64,000 nucleotides of DNA, taken from the NCBI GenBank assembly GCA_965140705.1, contig OZ223302.1, positions 1 to 64,000 of the forward strand, given 5' to 3'. Position 1 is the first letter of the stretch; every line of letters starts with the position of its first letter. The notes beneath the pieces were generated by a model that was given only the letters and a program-made list of their open reading frames with translations, had not been told where the DNA came from and did no database searches. The position numbers were made by a program, and so were the translations under genes. Positions 1 through 14,314 of the stretch are shown here, piece by piece. This DNA is from an uncultured Arcobacter sp. Lineage in GTDB: Bacteria > Campylobacterota > Campylobacteria > Campylobacterales > Arcobacteraceae.

Positions 1-289
1 AAGTGGAGATTCTTTTTAGGCAGGGATTTTTTTAGTCTATATGGCTATTAATGCGCTTTATTTCAGAAATGAGCCAAATCCAATGATTAGACTGATTTAT
101 CAAATTCTAATAATAATAATAGCTAGTTTTATTGCAATTTTTGTAATGATTGCACGAATTTATTATACTTGCCATTATTTGAGTGATACAATTTGTGGTT
201 TTATTTTAGGAGCTATTTTTGCCATTGTTTCGCTTTAGAGAGTTGATCAATTAAGAAAATTTATTATTTATAATATTTTTAGAATTTGA
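1..289 (+). CDS. PAP2-family (type 2 phosphatidic acid phosphatase-like) membrane protein, 3' part
   Basis: Frame from position 2 reads SGDSFQAG...ARIYYTCHYLSD (C2-like and C3 RxxxxxHxxxD motifs) with hydrophobic helices. TAG is read as Gln. First downstream TGA at 287-289. Confidence 0.7.
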
Positions 290-724
290 ATTTTGTTTTC
301 TTTAAGAGTTTAGCAAATTTATTAAATTATTATTTTGTTTTTTGATGTTTATTTAGTAAGAGAAACTATTGTTTTTTTTTTTAAAGAAAAATTGTTCAAA
401 CAATTGTTGAAATGTTTTTATATTCTTTATATTATTTAATAGAGCAATAATATTTATAATGAAAATAAAATTTGAATTTTAAATTTTGTTTAAAATAATT
501 TTATGTCAGTTTCTGATAACTGCAAATAATTAATTAATTTTGTTTCAGCAATTTCAAATTTAAAACAATAATTTTATTTATTACTCATGAAGAGTTTATT
601 TTTTTTTTCCACACAAAACAAATTTCCTTGAAAAACTCAAATTTAATATATAAAAATTGATTAAAAATCTTATAAAAAACCCAAAAAAATTAAAAAACAA
701 AAATCAAAGAACGTCAAAAAATAA

Positions 725-3021
725 ATGTCGTCAGAAGATTACGATACGTTTATGTGCATTATATGCATGGTAATAGTAATAATTTTGGCTACAGTTGGTG
801 GGTTTTTAATTAACCTGCTTGGTGGGTACAAATTTCCTAAGTGTTTACACAGGTTTGGTTTGGTTAAATGGAAGCCTGTCTTTACGTCATTCAAATTGCC
901 TTAATTACTTGGAGAAATAATTTTTGGGATTATCGCCAGAAATGCATTTACAGGTAGAGTTTTTGAATTAATTATTTATTATAGATTTAATGGAGGATTA
1001 TAATCCAAAATGGGGCGAATATAGTAGAATGATATGTCTTACTGTTCTTTTAGTGGCAGGAGGAATGCATTTAGATTTTAAAGGAAAGGTTTCAATTCAC
1101 TTGGTTCTTATTCATTTTTCAATAGGGATTAGTTGTTTTATTACTTGTTCTCTTTTCTCCTTGTGTTGAGGCCGTAGCTATAGGAGTTCTAGCAAACTTA
1201 TGTTTAGGAATGAGCTTACCCTTAGGACTAGCTCTAGGATTTACAATTGCTGCCGTATCGCCTGCAGTTTTAGTTCCGCCTTTACTATAATTATAAGCAG
1301 AAGGGTATGGAATTTCTAATGGGTATACTTTTTTTTTTATTAAAAGCAATTTCCTATTTTTGATAGCATTCCAACAACTTTGATAGCTGCTTCAAGCTTT
1401 GAAGATGTTACAGTTATTATATTCTATGGAATCTTTTCAACAATTGCTTTGAATACAATTAAAGAGGAGGAGGAGCCAGTTGGATCAGTTCTATTTAAGA
1501 TTTTTTATGAAGTACTTTTTTCTATCAATTATTATTTAGTTAGTTGCTGGAGTTGTAGCAGGTGCAATTATAGGTTTCTTAATGCGCTATATAAAAAAAC
1601 TATCCATCAAATTAAAATTCGTTATCTCTTTATGCATAGCAATCGGAATGGTGCTCGGCTTCGAGCTCTCAGGCCTTCATGAATCAAAATACCTTTCAGT
1701 AATAATCTACGGTTACATGTGTCGGCAAGGGTGGGGTCATGATCGCCCAGACCATTACTTAAATGTTCTATTTTCATATATAACACCCTTTCTATTCGGA
1801 ACTGTTGGCGCCGCTATGGTATTTGCAGATATAGATACCGGCGTTTTAGGCTACGCGTTTTTAATTATTATTGTCGGAGTTACCTTTCGCTGGCTGTCCA
1901 CTATTCTTTCCACATTGCAGAAGAAATACTGTTGGGGTGAAAAGCTTTTTATGGCATTTGCGTGGATACCAAAAGCTACAGTTTAAGCAGCATTGGGTGG
2001 AAATATTTTGGAAAAAGCCAAGGCGGAACATAATGATGAATACATTGATTTTGGCAATAAGATTTTGACTATTTCGATTCTGTGCATTTTGCTTACATCA
2101 CCACCTTGTGCGATTGCCACTATTAGTTTTTCTTTTATTTTTAGAGTTATTAACTATAAAGTACTTGGTAAAAAATTTCTACCACGGAAGAAGACATTAA
2201 ATGAAAGTGAAGAGGAAGGATTCGTGATGGGTGAATAGGATGAAACTATTATCAATGAAATTATTAATTAAGAAATTCCAGGAGTTGAAATTTCAGATTC
2301 AGTGAAAAGCAAATTATAACTTTCAGTAGCTAAATCACGAATGCGTAGAGCACGAATGTTTTTATTATATTATTTTGATATATAAATATTAAGGAGGAAC
2401 TTAGTAGCATCACCTGATTCACCAACAATGCATTACATCCTTGCAACACATAAAATGGAAAATCAAGATAATATAATTTAAGAGGAAAATGAATTTGGCA
2501 TTGATTTATAAGCAGAATAAAACCGGCCTCGTATAAAAAGCGGAGAAGCCTAGCACTAGAAGCTTTCTACAGCCGATTAAGGAAATTCAGAGGAAAGTCC
2601 AACAAAACAGCATTCTAGAAGAAATTCAATGATCAGTGTCAGTCATCACGGGTCTTAATAGAGTTTATCAAGTATAGGGTTTTCAGTTGGGGATATCTAA
2701 GAATAATAATTAGAACAAATTCATTAAATTAATTAAAAATGGAAAGAACAAAAAATTAAACATATGCAAAACGGGGATAAATAAGATGAAAGTGAGTCCT
2801 ATGACACCTGGGAGAGAAGCTTTGAGGATCTTTAGAATAAGAAGGTTAATGAAAGCGATGCAGACGATATTAGATTGCAAGAAAGTTAATAGTAAGAAGA
2901 TGAAGATCAAAATTAAAGGAAATTTTCAGAGCATTAGGTTAGTGAAATGTAAAGGGAGGATGATAGTTAGGAGTGCGGGTCCGTTCCAACTGAATCCGCT
3001 TAGCTTAATCCGATTGAGTGA
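725..3021 (+). CDS. Na+/H+ antiporter, NHA/SLC9B (CPA2-type) family, multi-exon, long acidic C-terminal tail
   Basis: Motifs AAVSPAVLVP, GIPTTLIAASSFEDV, PFLFGTVGA and AWIPKATVQAALG (Q=TAA at 1984-1986). Short GT-AG introns. TGA at 3019-3021. Confidence 0.9.
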
Positions 3022-3159
3022 AATATTCAAAAAATTGGCATTCTTTTTTTACCTTTTATTTCACTATTAAAAGTAAATTAACTTTAAAACAATTAATTTT
3101 GATAAAAAATCATAAAATCTTAAAACTTTTTTAAAGTTATTATAAGAACTCCAATTTTT

Positions 3160-6100
3160 TCACATATATAAATCTAGTAAATTAATTATTTTCCCTTCAG
3201 CTAAATTATTCGGTAATATACAAGGATTTTCTTAATTTCCTAATAAATCTGTTATAGTTTAATTTATTATTTCTTCACAAGGCTTTTATTCATTTGAATT
3301 TATTAATTCAATTTCTTCAATATCCATGAATTAGTTTTCTTATTCTCTTTATTGTAAAATATATTTAATAAAAACTAATAATTTTTTTACTTAAGTTTAT
3401 TTTTATTTTCCTTTGCTTATTCCTATTCTAACTCATTTATTTTTTTTTTAAGTAATTCAATTTCTTAATTTTCTTCAAAAATTTTTTTATTTCTTAATTA
3501 TTCAAGAAATTTTATTTTTCTAACTAAATATTGCTCTTATTAAATTAAAGTTGCTATGGTATTTGAGATTTGCATTTAATGATAATATTATTCATAATTA
3601 TTTTAATTTGGCTAACCAAGATTATTTTAATTTTAACTCATTTCAGAAAACATTTTCTTAATTTTTTAATTATTAAACTTTTTAATAATTAAAAGAAAAT
3701 TAATTAAAGAATAAAAATGAAATTAATAATAATATTAATTAAAAAATTAAAAATTATAATTTTAATAATTTATGCTAAATTTTTATCATACTTCTTTTTA
3801 TTAATTTGAATATTTCTTATATTTTGTTCTCTACAATAGATCATGAAACTATTTTTTTGTCTTTTTTTTTATAATATTTAAAATATTTCATTTAAATTTA
3901 AAATATTTGATTTGCTCAAAATAATTATTTTTTCATGACTTTTTCATTTTTTTTCATCAATTTTTAGTAAATCCTTGTTCTTTTATTAGCATTTAGATTT
4001 GATTTCTTCTAATTTACTTATTGCTAAATTTAGTTATTCAACTAAATATTTGATTTAAACATTTATATGAAATAATTTAGTATATGATATTATCTCATTG
4101 CAATCAATATTTACTAATTTTTATGCATTATTTTTCAGGCTCAATGCAATAAAAGGCAATTTTGTTAATAAATCTTCAATCCCAAAAAGATGAAAATTGT
4201 GCAAATATTTATTAATTTCAGTAAGTTCAAAAATTTGTTTTTAATTTTCCTATTATTTTTATAACAATTAGCTTTCCATAGCTTTCGATTTATCAATAAA
4301 ATTATTAATATAAGTATAATTGCTTTCTAATTTGCTTTCAATTGTTGATGATAAATGTTGATCAGATTTTTCTAGATACAGTATTTCTTATAATATTTCT
4401 TGTTTTTCTTCAGAAAATTGCTTTATGAGTTATTTCATTTCTTCTGCTGTATTTAATTTTTCTTTTTAAAGTATCTCAATCCTATTTTGTAACCTTTTTT
4501 TTTCCTCATTTGATTTGTCTCCTTAATTGTTAAAATCATCTTTCAGCAACTACAAAGATTTTGAAAGTTTTTTAATATTGTCTTTTAATGTCTCATTTTA
4601 TTATTCAACTACTTAATATTTAGTTAATAATTTATTTAATTCATCATTCAGATTTTCATTTTTTTTTCTTAATTAGATAATGTTTTCATCAAGAGATCTA
4701 TTTTTGTTTTCTACTTAAATTATTATATTTTAGTAGTTCTATTCGTTTATATTCACTTTTTATTAGTATTAATCATTTGATATTTTCTATGAATTATTTT
4801 TTATATTTAATTCATTATTTTACTTTTATAGTCTATTTAATTAATTTATCAATTAGTAAAAAATTACTTAATTATTTCTTAACTTTTATTATTTAATTCA
4901 TTTATATAAAGTGATTGCTCTATAGTTTATTATTACTATTATAGAGTAGAATTTTTGTTTTTGATAATTTCAATTTGTTCTCTTAGACTTAATTCCTTTT
5001 CTTATCGATCCATTTCAATTCTAAGTTAATAATAATATAAATTACATCTTTTTAATACTTGTTGAAATTAATTTCATTTTATTCTTTTTCCTTTAATTAA
5101 TTTTCTAACAAAATTTTATCATTTTTTAATTTTTCTATTTCTTTTTCATTTTATTCTTTTTCCTTTAATTAATTTTCTAACAAAATTTTATCATTTTTTA
5201 ATTTTTCTATTTCTTTTTCATTTTATTCTTTTTCCTTTAATTAATTTTCTAACAAGATTTTATCATTTTGTAATTTTTCTATTTCTTTTTCATTTTATTC
5301 TTTTTTCTTTAATTAATTTTCTAACAAGATTTTATCATTTTTTAATTTTTCTATTTCTTTTTCATTTTATTCTTTTTCCTTTAATTAATTTTCTAACAAG
5401 ATTTTATCATTTTTTAATTTTTCTATTTCTTTTTCATTTTATTCTTTTTCCTTTAATTAATTTTCTAACAAGATTTTATCATTTTGTAATTTTTCTATTT
5501 CTTTTTCATTTTATTCTTTTTCCTTTAATTAATTTTCTAACAAGATTTTATCATTTTTTAATTTTTCTATTTCTTTTTCATTTTATTCTTTTTCCTTTAA
5601 TTAATTTTCTAACAAGATTTTATCATTTTTTAATTTTTCTATTTCTTTTTCATTTTATTAATTTTTCCTTTAATTAATTTTCTAACTAACAAGATTTTAT
5701 CATTTTGTAATTTTTCTATTTCTTTTTCATTTTATTCTTTTTCCTTTAATTAATTTTCTAACAAAATTTTATCATTTTGTAATTTTTCTATTTCTTTTTC
5801 ATTTTATTCTTTTTCCTTTAATTAATTTTCTAACAAGATTTTATCATTTTTTAATTTTTCTATTTCTTTTTCACTAAATTCTTTATTTAATTATATATGA
5901 TATTTCGTTTTAAAATTTACTTTTACTATTTACTAATTCATTTTACATTTGTTTCAATTTCTCTTCCAATTCTAATTAATTTTCATCTAAAAATTGTTTT
6001 ATAAATATTTTAAATTACTAATTTTTTATTCTTCAATATTATTATCCTTATTATCTCCAAAGTGTTTGGAATCGGTCTTTTCAGTTTCTGGTTAATTCTA

Positions 6101-6292
6101 ATTATCGACTCTTGATATATGAATTGATAAATAATTAATGTAAACTTTTATTCAGTAATATCTGCTACAACTATAAAAAATAGAATTTATTGAGTTAAAA
6201 TTTATTAATTAACTTTCAGATTTTTTTTCGTATTAAACCTATGAGTTGTTTTTGTTAGTTTTTTTACGTTTTCCTTTTGATTTCTAATTCAT
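3160..6292 (-). CDS. Large coiled-coil protein with a 24-aa tandem repeat (hypothetical)
   Basis: E/K/Q/N-rich open frame on the minus strand with TAR=Gln. ATG at 6292. 3' end approximate. Confidence 0.6.
5074..5874 (-). repeat. Coding tandem repeat, 72-bp unit, about 11 copies (NEKEIEKLKNDKILLENQLKEKEQ)
   Basis: Anchor ttttctaac recurs at 5101, 5173, 5245, 5317, 5389, 5461, 5533, 5605, 5678, 5754 and 5826. Confidence 0.95.
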
Positions 6293-6404
6293 TTTTCACA
6301 GAGAAATAAAATATTTTTTGAAGATTAGATTTAGTTTTATATAAATTTTATTTAAACAAAAAAATACAAAAAAAAAAAAAATTAAATAATAATTAAATTT
6401 AAAT

Positions 6405-8291
6405 TCAAATATTATTAATATTATTCTAATTAGGATTAAGAGAATCATCCAATAAACAACAAAATTTCATTGTTTAGTAATATTTGTCTTTCCTACTTCA
6501 ATAAAAATATAAAATAAACTATTTATAATTTTTATCTTGTTTTTTATAAAATCAAATCATTGCATTAATAAAACTTTACTCTTTTTCATATATTCCGTTA
6601 TTAATTTTTCCTTTGATGACTGATATTTCAGCATTTATGTTCCTCTTTCTTTATTCTTACTATTTTTTCTATCCTTAGTCCTTAATTTATAATATATCTG
6701 TGATTTTGACCCTAGTAATTTCGAAGGAAATTATGAATTTTCATAGTCTTGAGTCCAAGATAGTCCCATTATAGTTCTAAAAGTTTCCGAATTATTTCCC
6801 AGTTTTGGCTCTGCTTTTCTTTAAATTGATTTTTGGTATTTCTATTCAAGAAGCTCAAGATAATTATTTTAGGGCTGATAAAACATTGATTTTTCTTTCT
6901 TTGGCGAAGTTTTATTTATTTCTTCTTGCTTTTTTAGTTCTATTATTATTATTATTATTATTATTATTCGATTTCTTGCAATTTTTGCATTTATTCTTTT
7001 AATTTTTTTTATCTCTGATCATATTTTTATTAAAGTTCATAGACTTTTGAAGATAGCATTTAATTTTATAAAATTGATGAAAATTTATCATAAATTATTT
7101 ATTAAATCTTCTTAGATCTATTATTTTCTAATTCAATTGCAAAATCAACTTCTTTTATATTTTTTTAATTTGTTTTTGGAGGGCTTAAATTTCTTAATAA
7201 TGTAATTTATTCAGCCTTTTTAAACGATTCCAATTTATTTCGTTCAGATTATAAAGATCTTGAGGAAATCTAATTAAATTTTTAATCAGTTCTAAAAGAA
7301 TTCAAAGTAATTCGATCGGTTGAAACTTATTTTTTGGACATGAAATTTTCCATTAATAATTAAATTTATTTTTAATTATTATATTTTATAATTATTTCTT
7401 AAGTTTTTATTTAAAACAATTATTTATTAATGTTTCTTATATAATAACTTAAAAAAATTGTAAATTCTTATTTAATTAATATGTGTTTCAATTACAATTT
7501 TAAAGCTTTTCTAAAAATTATTTTCTTTAGTTCAAATATTCTTATTTTGCTTAAATTAAATCCTCCTTTGATTTTGCTATTTAGTCTTCCAATTGTTGTT
7601 TTAGTAAAATATTTTCTTCTTTCGAACTATGTATTTATTTAAGTTGATTAAAATTATGAAGAACTCTTTTAATTTAACCAATAATTAATTGTTTTTTTCA
7701 TTACATAAAATAACTGTTTACTTTAAATCAGCATTTTCATTTTCTATTCTAGAAACAAAGTAAATAAATTTTTGGACTACTATTTTAATTAATTTTTTAT
7801 TTCATTAAGTTCCATCGTCAATTAAAAATATTGATTTTTAGATTATTATTAAATATTTTTTCTCTTTTATTCCTAAGATGAAAAAAGTTCGCTTTTATCT
7901 AAAATAAGCTTATTTATCAAAATATTTTTAGGCTGCTCTCTTAAGTTTTAAAATTTAAATTATTTTGCAATGATGAATTTTAAATTTAATTTATAAATAA
8001 AACAGAAAGCAGCCATTATTTTTAACCTTCTTCTTAATCTTAAGTCTAAATTATTACTTCAGTATCCTATAAATTAAATTATTGATTTGAAATTACTTGA
8101 AACTAGTCTTATCCAACTGATTATTATTAATTTATATCGAGAGATAAAGCAAGTTTTTAAAAGTAAAATTGCTGCAAAGAAGTAAAAGTTTAACAAAGAA
8201 AAACAATTGCACTTATTTAATAAAAATAATATACCTTTTGATCTGTACTCGGAAGGAAAGCATAAATATCATCACAATTTTATTTATTCAT
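6405..8291 (-). CDS. Hypothetical coiled-coil protein with a polyQ tract
   Basis: Minus-strand frame ...AIELENNRSKKIQQIIYDKF...KKLKEQMQKLQEIEQQQQQ. Introns present. Ends approximate. Confidence 0.45.
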
Positions 8292-9052
8292 TTTGAAAAT
8301 GAAAATTTAAATATTAGTAATGAAACTAAAAAAATATAAATCTAATGTATTAATTTTTGAATAGGCCTTGATTAAAAAGGTCTGAAAATTTGAAAATATT
8401 ATAAAATAATAATTTTTTATCAACTTTTAAATTTATATTAATTCACTAAGAAGAAAAATTAATTAATATTCAAAGTTGAAAAAAAAAAAAATAATATAAT
8501 AAATTTTAAATTTTACACTGAAATATTATTACCTTATATACTTAATAATTATCGAATTATATTTATAGATGAAACTTATTTTAACATAAACATTACAAAA
8601 TAATATGGATGATAAAATCTAAAAAAGGATTCATGACTTTTTAAATTAATAAATAAAATTATTATCTAAAAAAGCAACATAAAAACTCAATAAGAGAAAC
8701 AGTGTTTGAAATTTCTCATCCTATTTATATTCATTTTCCTTCCAATTGCTTTAGCCTGTTCGTATTCATGGTTATAATTCCAATAATTAACTGTTTTATT
8801 GCTACTTGTAATGAACATGAAATGTGGATCATGTTATAAATCAAGAAATTCAAAAAAATTTTACTTAAACCCTCAAAAAAACGTTGAAACGTAGAGGTAA
8901 AAATTAATTTTAAAAAGTAGTCTTTATTATTTTTTTGATAAAAAAAATAAAATAAATTTTTTCTAAAATTTTAAAATTTAATTGATTAATTATTGAAAAT
9001 AATTAAATTTAAATTATTCTAAAACTGATAATTTTTTTGTTTTTATAAAAAA

Positions 9053-10782
9053 ATGGAAAATAGTAAAACTGATATTTATGATTCAAATCTTATGAATAAT
9101 TAGCCATATCAACTAAGCAACCTTGGAGATAAGCCTAAAATATTTAAATAACCGCATTTTATATCAAAAAATATTAATAAACTAAAATCAATTTCACCTT
9201 CATATTAATATTAATCACTCTTTAGCGGTAAGTTAAAAAAATAAATTATTATTAAAAAAGAAAATTGCCTATCAAATATTGATGAAGAAAATTAAGGTGG
9301 AAAAAATATTCTAAGTTTTGGAAAAGCAAAAATTTCTTTGATTGCAGCAAACAAAAATATATAAATAGAAACTCTTACTAAAAATAAATAAAATCTTAAT
9401 AATGAAGCAGTTAAAAATATCTTTAAAAAAAATTAAGACTTAAAATGAAAAAAACATCATCCAAACTATAATTTTTACAATTAAGGACCCTAATTTTTAA
9501 GTGATGGAAAAGTTGTGAATTATTCTATTGTTGGCCCAAGTGAAATCTTTAATAGATTATATAAATAAGAAATTTAAAAACGTGATAAATATTAAAGATC
9601 GACTACTTTATCTGGAACACATAAATCATCAAAATCACCTTTGATTAAATGACTGTAATGCAAAAATAAAAAATTTGGCGAAGTTACTTTATTTTAATAA
9701 ATCATATAACAAATTTTGTAGGCTGTAGAATCTGAATTTTTAAGTTCTGAGGATAATGAGAAAAAATCAATTCAAATAGCGCAAAACTCCTAAATGTCAA
9801 TAATATCTGATTCAAAATAATTTTAAGTTTAATTGATTTATAAATTAAAGTTTTAGTAGATGGCTAGTTCAAAAAAAACGTAATCTTTAATGCCTTTAGT
9901 TGCAAAAGAAAATATTGTAAAAGAAATTTAAACAATAGAAGAAAAACTTTAATATAATAGAGAAAAAGATAAAAAATTATTTAATTAGCTTGATTTTTAA
10001 ACAAAATTAAAAAATCTTCATGAAAAAAAGTTATTTAATTTATTATATATTTAAATTTGTTTTTTACAAAAGAATACTAGAATCCTTTGATGAACAATCA
10101 TTAAACTTTAAACGTGTTCTATCTTCTCTTGCATAAAAAGTCAATCGGCCAACAACAGATTCACTAATAACACGAAGCTAAGTTATAAATTTATTTTTTA
10201 ATCTTTTTAATTATATTATTAGCATTTCCGTTAAAAATCCGAACAAATGCAATTATCTGAGCTTCGTGAGCATGATAGCAGTCGCTCAAATAACTACTGG
10301 TAAGAATGCTTACGAAGATATAAAACACCCAAAAGTTCAAATGAATCCTACCGAAATAATAAATAAATTAATAGAAAATTAAAAACAGAAGGCTTAACGA
10401 AGATTTGCAATGTGTTCCCATCTCCTTTAAGTTGAAATAGAGCAGAAGTTGAGAAGATTTAAAGGATTGAATTTGAGGAGCCAAGCAGTTAGGATGCTCT
10501 TTATGTTCAAACTTTTATTTACAAAATAGTAACAATGTTATTATTAAAGGTTAAAGGGGAAAATGCTTTTGCTTTAGAAAAAGAATTTATTTAAAATTCA
10601 AAGGAAAATGAATTTAGGAAGTTTATTGAAGCTGCCGAGTAATCTAAATTAAATAAAGGTTCCAATTCTTTATTTGCCAGATTTTAGTTATTTTTATAGA
10701 AGAAATTATAAAGGAAAACTATCCTAGGACTTGGATTAGTAAAAAAATTCTTATTCCTGAATGTTTTAAAACTATGCAATGA
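9053..10782 (+). CDS. MYCBP-associated protein-like (N-terminal region only)
   Basis: Motif GPQFLSDGKVVNYSIVGPSEIF and later YWQECLR. In-frame TGA at 9446-9448. Multiple short introns. 3' end approximate. Confidence 0.5.
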
Positions 10783-10898
10783 AATTTTCTTAAATTTTAA
10801 TAATGAAATTTATTTAGTATAACGTATTTTATATAAAGAAATAATAATATTAATTGAAAAAAATAATAATAAAAACTAAAAAATAATAAATTATTTAA

Positions 10899-12623
10899 AT
10901 GTAATTTTTTAAAGAGAAATATCAAAAGATTTCTCAAACAATCAGTGAAATAGGTTTAAAAGCGGATGAAAAATTTAAGTTGCAATAGCTTTCTCAAAAA
11001 GCCAAAGAAAAAGTTGTTTAAGTTTCAGGTAACCTGGAATCCTATATTTCCAGCAAGCTTTCAGAAGAAATTGAAAGCACTTACACTTAAATAATTCCTT
11101 AACTTTACTATATGAATTTCCCGAAAAAAGATTCTATTCCAAAATTAGCCTAACATTTGAATTAAAAGTTCACTGGGTATTATTTTGTCTGAAATTTGAG
11201 TGAATTTAACTACGAGCTCAGTTAATTTAATAATTAAGTTCAAATTGTGTTTATTCTATTAAATTTTGTTTTAGATTTCTGAACATTGTTGACTTGGCTA
11301 TCCAAACCCCCCACTGTCTTAAATCTTTATAATTTGCAAGGATATTATTAGTTGGCTCTCAAGTGATAATAGGCATTAAGCATTTATTCATTGCCAAGCA
11401 TCTAAAGGAAGAAGTGTGCTAATTTTGAGTTGCGTGTTAACATTACTTGGGTATTATAGCAATCCTATTGAGTCTTTGTCCTTTATTTGCAAGGTAAGGA
11501 TTTAAAAATAAATAAATAATTGGTTAGAAATTGAAATAAGAAGAAGAAAATATTTTATTTCCTGCGTAGAAATTATATTTGAGGTACTTTCATAATGCGA
11601 TTAATAAAATTGATGTATTTTAATTGATTTAAGAGCAACTTTTGTTTTAGGTGAATTATAAACCGCTAAAAATAATAAAAATAATGTTCAGTGATATCCC
11701 TAGAATAATGAACGATCAAAATAAAGAAATTGAAAACTTTAAACCCTATTTTCAAATTTATAAGGACTAAGAAATTTGTTATAATGGAATTAGTGAAAAC
11801 TCATTTTAAAGTTATCAGAAATAGGATATATCATGTTGAATTGATATTAATTCAATAGTAACCACAATGTTTTCTAATTTATTTTTTAAAAGGTTCATGA
11901 AGATATCTTAATTAAATGCAAGCATTTTCAATCCACTTAGATTAGATTTCCTGTGTTTAGAATTCTATTAAATACCAAATTTGTTTATGAAAATGTTATT
12001 CGATTTTATAAAGTAAATTCTATTCACTTTTTGACTTTTTAATAAAGAGTGATATTGAATTCTCATAATATACAATCATACCAGATAATTTCTTTATTGA
12101 TATTATGTTGGAATAAATTGAAGAATCATTTGAAGAAATGAAATAGAGAAAAGAAGAAGAAAATCTTGATTATTTGATTGAATTTTGTGGAAATTTTATG
12201 AAGCAATAATAGCAATAAAAAAAATTAATACAGCAAAAGGAAATTAATCAATCAAATTAATTATTAATATTAGAAGAAAATAATTAAGAATCCGATGAGT
12301 TAAATAATAAAATTTAAAATGAAATTAAAGAAAATGAACAATAAATTCAAAATGTTTTTGAGTCAAACGAAACTGAAAAAATCGAACAATAACAAAAAGA
12401 ACTAATAAACAATGAGGAAACTAAATAATAATAAGAATCAAAATAGCAAGAATAGATTCTATTAGAAGAATTAGAACTTGAGGGAGAACCTATTGAAGAA
12501 AAGAATTCTGGAAATGAAGAAATAATGTAAAAATTAGCAGAGGAGTGGCAAAATGATGATGATAAGTTAAGTGGAGAAGATGTTGATGATTATTTAATAT
12601 AATTAGAAAATAATACGACTTGA
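10899..12623 (+). CDS. Tensin/PTEN-type phosphatase domain plus C2 domain, acidic tail
   Basis: YYFVWNLSEFNY...EHCWLGYPNPPL...SWLSSDNRHQAFIHCQASKGRS, then C2-like KIMFSDIP...FKPYFQIY. Two Ws are TGA (11190, 11290). Stop TGA at 12621-12623. Confidence 0.85.
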
Positions 12624-12734
12624 TAACTGAAATTTTAATTTTATTTAATTATTTAAAAAAAGTTAGCAAAAATTTTATAAAATTCATTCTAAAGTCCAAA
12701 TTAAATAATATTTGTCCACTTAAAATTACAAATA

Positions 12735-13118
12735 ATGGGAAATTACTGCAAATCGAAGCAGGAAATTGTATCTCCTTTTCTTTAAAATTTATAAGCATTA
12801 AGAGAAAATATATCCCCTCTTCCTAATTCTTCAGATAATACTTTCAATTTTACAACAACAACTGATTAAGAATTTTTTAATCATTTAACGCAAACTCAAT
12901 TGCACTACTCTAATGAAAATTAATTCAAATCAGTTGAATTGAATTATTTAGGCAAAGTTAAGGGAGATAATGAAAATATTGAATCGAATGAAAAAATTCA
13001 AAAATATGAAAAATTTCGTATGGAAAAATCTTTATCAATAGTAATATTAAAAAGCAATCGCAAGAGAAAAAATATATATTCAGAGAATTAGTTTGACTAG
13101 AGTGAATTTAGTTTTTGA
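12735..13118 (+). CDS. Small intronless hypothetical protein (127 aa) with an MGNYC N-terminal acylation-type motif
   Basis: ATG 12735 to TGA 13116-13118 is 128 codons with TAR=Gln. Confidence 0.65.
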
Positions 13119-13384
13119 AAATTAATTGTTTAGAGTTTAATGTTTTATAATTTCGCCAAAATTCTTTACAAAACTATTTTTTGTCCCAAGAAAGTTTTTC
13201 ATTTTAGTTAATTATTTACATTAAAATAATCAAATAAAAATTTGATAATTTTTTGAAGCTCTATTATATTTAAATTTTCAAAGAAATTAAAAACATTGTT
13301 GATTTTTAATATTAAAATTAATTTTTATCTTTTAAAAATAAAAAATAAAATATTAAAATAAAAAGACAAATAATCTTTGAAATT

Positions 13385-14188
13385 ATGCCATTTTCAGAAG
13401 TCCACTCCAATAACCCCTAAATGCAATATTACCCCGAGATGGAATAGAATAATACTGGTAATAACAAAAAAGCTTCCCGATTATTATTAATTTGGGCAAT
13501 GCTTTTTCTTTTTACTATGATTATTTGTTCAACAATGGCTTTTGGTGGATATTATAAAAATGACAAAGGAGACATGAATAGAAATTTATAAGTAAAATTC
13601 TATTTTTTAAATTTAACTAATTTTTAGATCATGAGAGTTTTATCATAAAGTGATGCAACTTAGAATTAATGCTATTTGTCTTATCATAAAAATAGAAACG
13701 AAATAATGTCTTTGAACTCCTATTATGATAATTAACATGATGCTAATGATACATTTATTTTGATGAGTTTTATTTTTGCTTGGGCTTCACTTGCAATTTT
13801 GTAATTTGCTTTTTTTCATTTTATTATTGTTTTTTATAGCATGTTTGCTCACATTATTTCCTATCAAAAATAAACTTAAATCATAGCTTTGTTATTTATA
13901 TTACTCTTTATTTTAAGCATACTTATCATTGTGGAATTCATTTATTATATGTCAGTAGGAGAGGAGTTTTAAGAAAATTTAGAAAAACTTAAAACAGATT
14001 TTGACAATAAATATGATCATGAATGCAAGTCGAGTTCCTATGGAAAAAGCAGTCTAGATTATGCAAGTGAATATATTTACACTGTCATAAATGTTGTGAG
14101 GCCAATAGTTATTGCAAAATTTATAATTACTTTAATCTTTTTGCTTGGGAGCTTGATTTTATTGGGATTTAGTAAGGTAAACAAATGA
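13385..14188 (+). CDS. Hypothetical multi-pass membrane protein
   Basis: Several hydrophobic segments, two short GT-AG introns, TGA at 14186-14188. Confidence 0.6.
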
Positions 14189-14314
14189 GATAAATTTTTT
14201 AAACTTTCAAAAATAAAGTATTAAACAAATTAAAAATAATTTTGAAATTTTATTTATTTTTAATTTATTGCTGGAAATTTATTTTTTAATTTATTTTTTT
14301 AATTAATTATTAAG

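Noticed and set aside
5074..5874. CRISPR-like or telomeric array
   Set aside because: There are no unique spacers and no telomere motif. It is a 72-bp coding repeat in a eukaryotic gene.
8680..8840. Possible small minus-strand gene
   Set aside because: Several frames are open and no motif identifies the right one.
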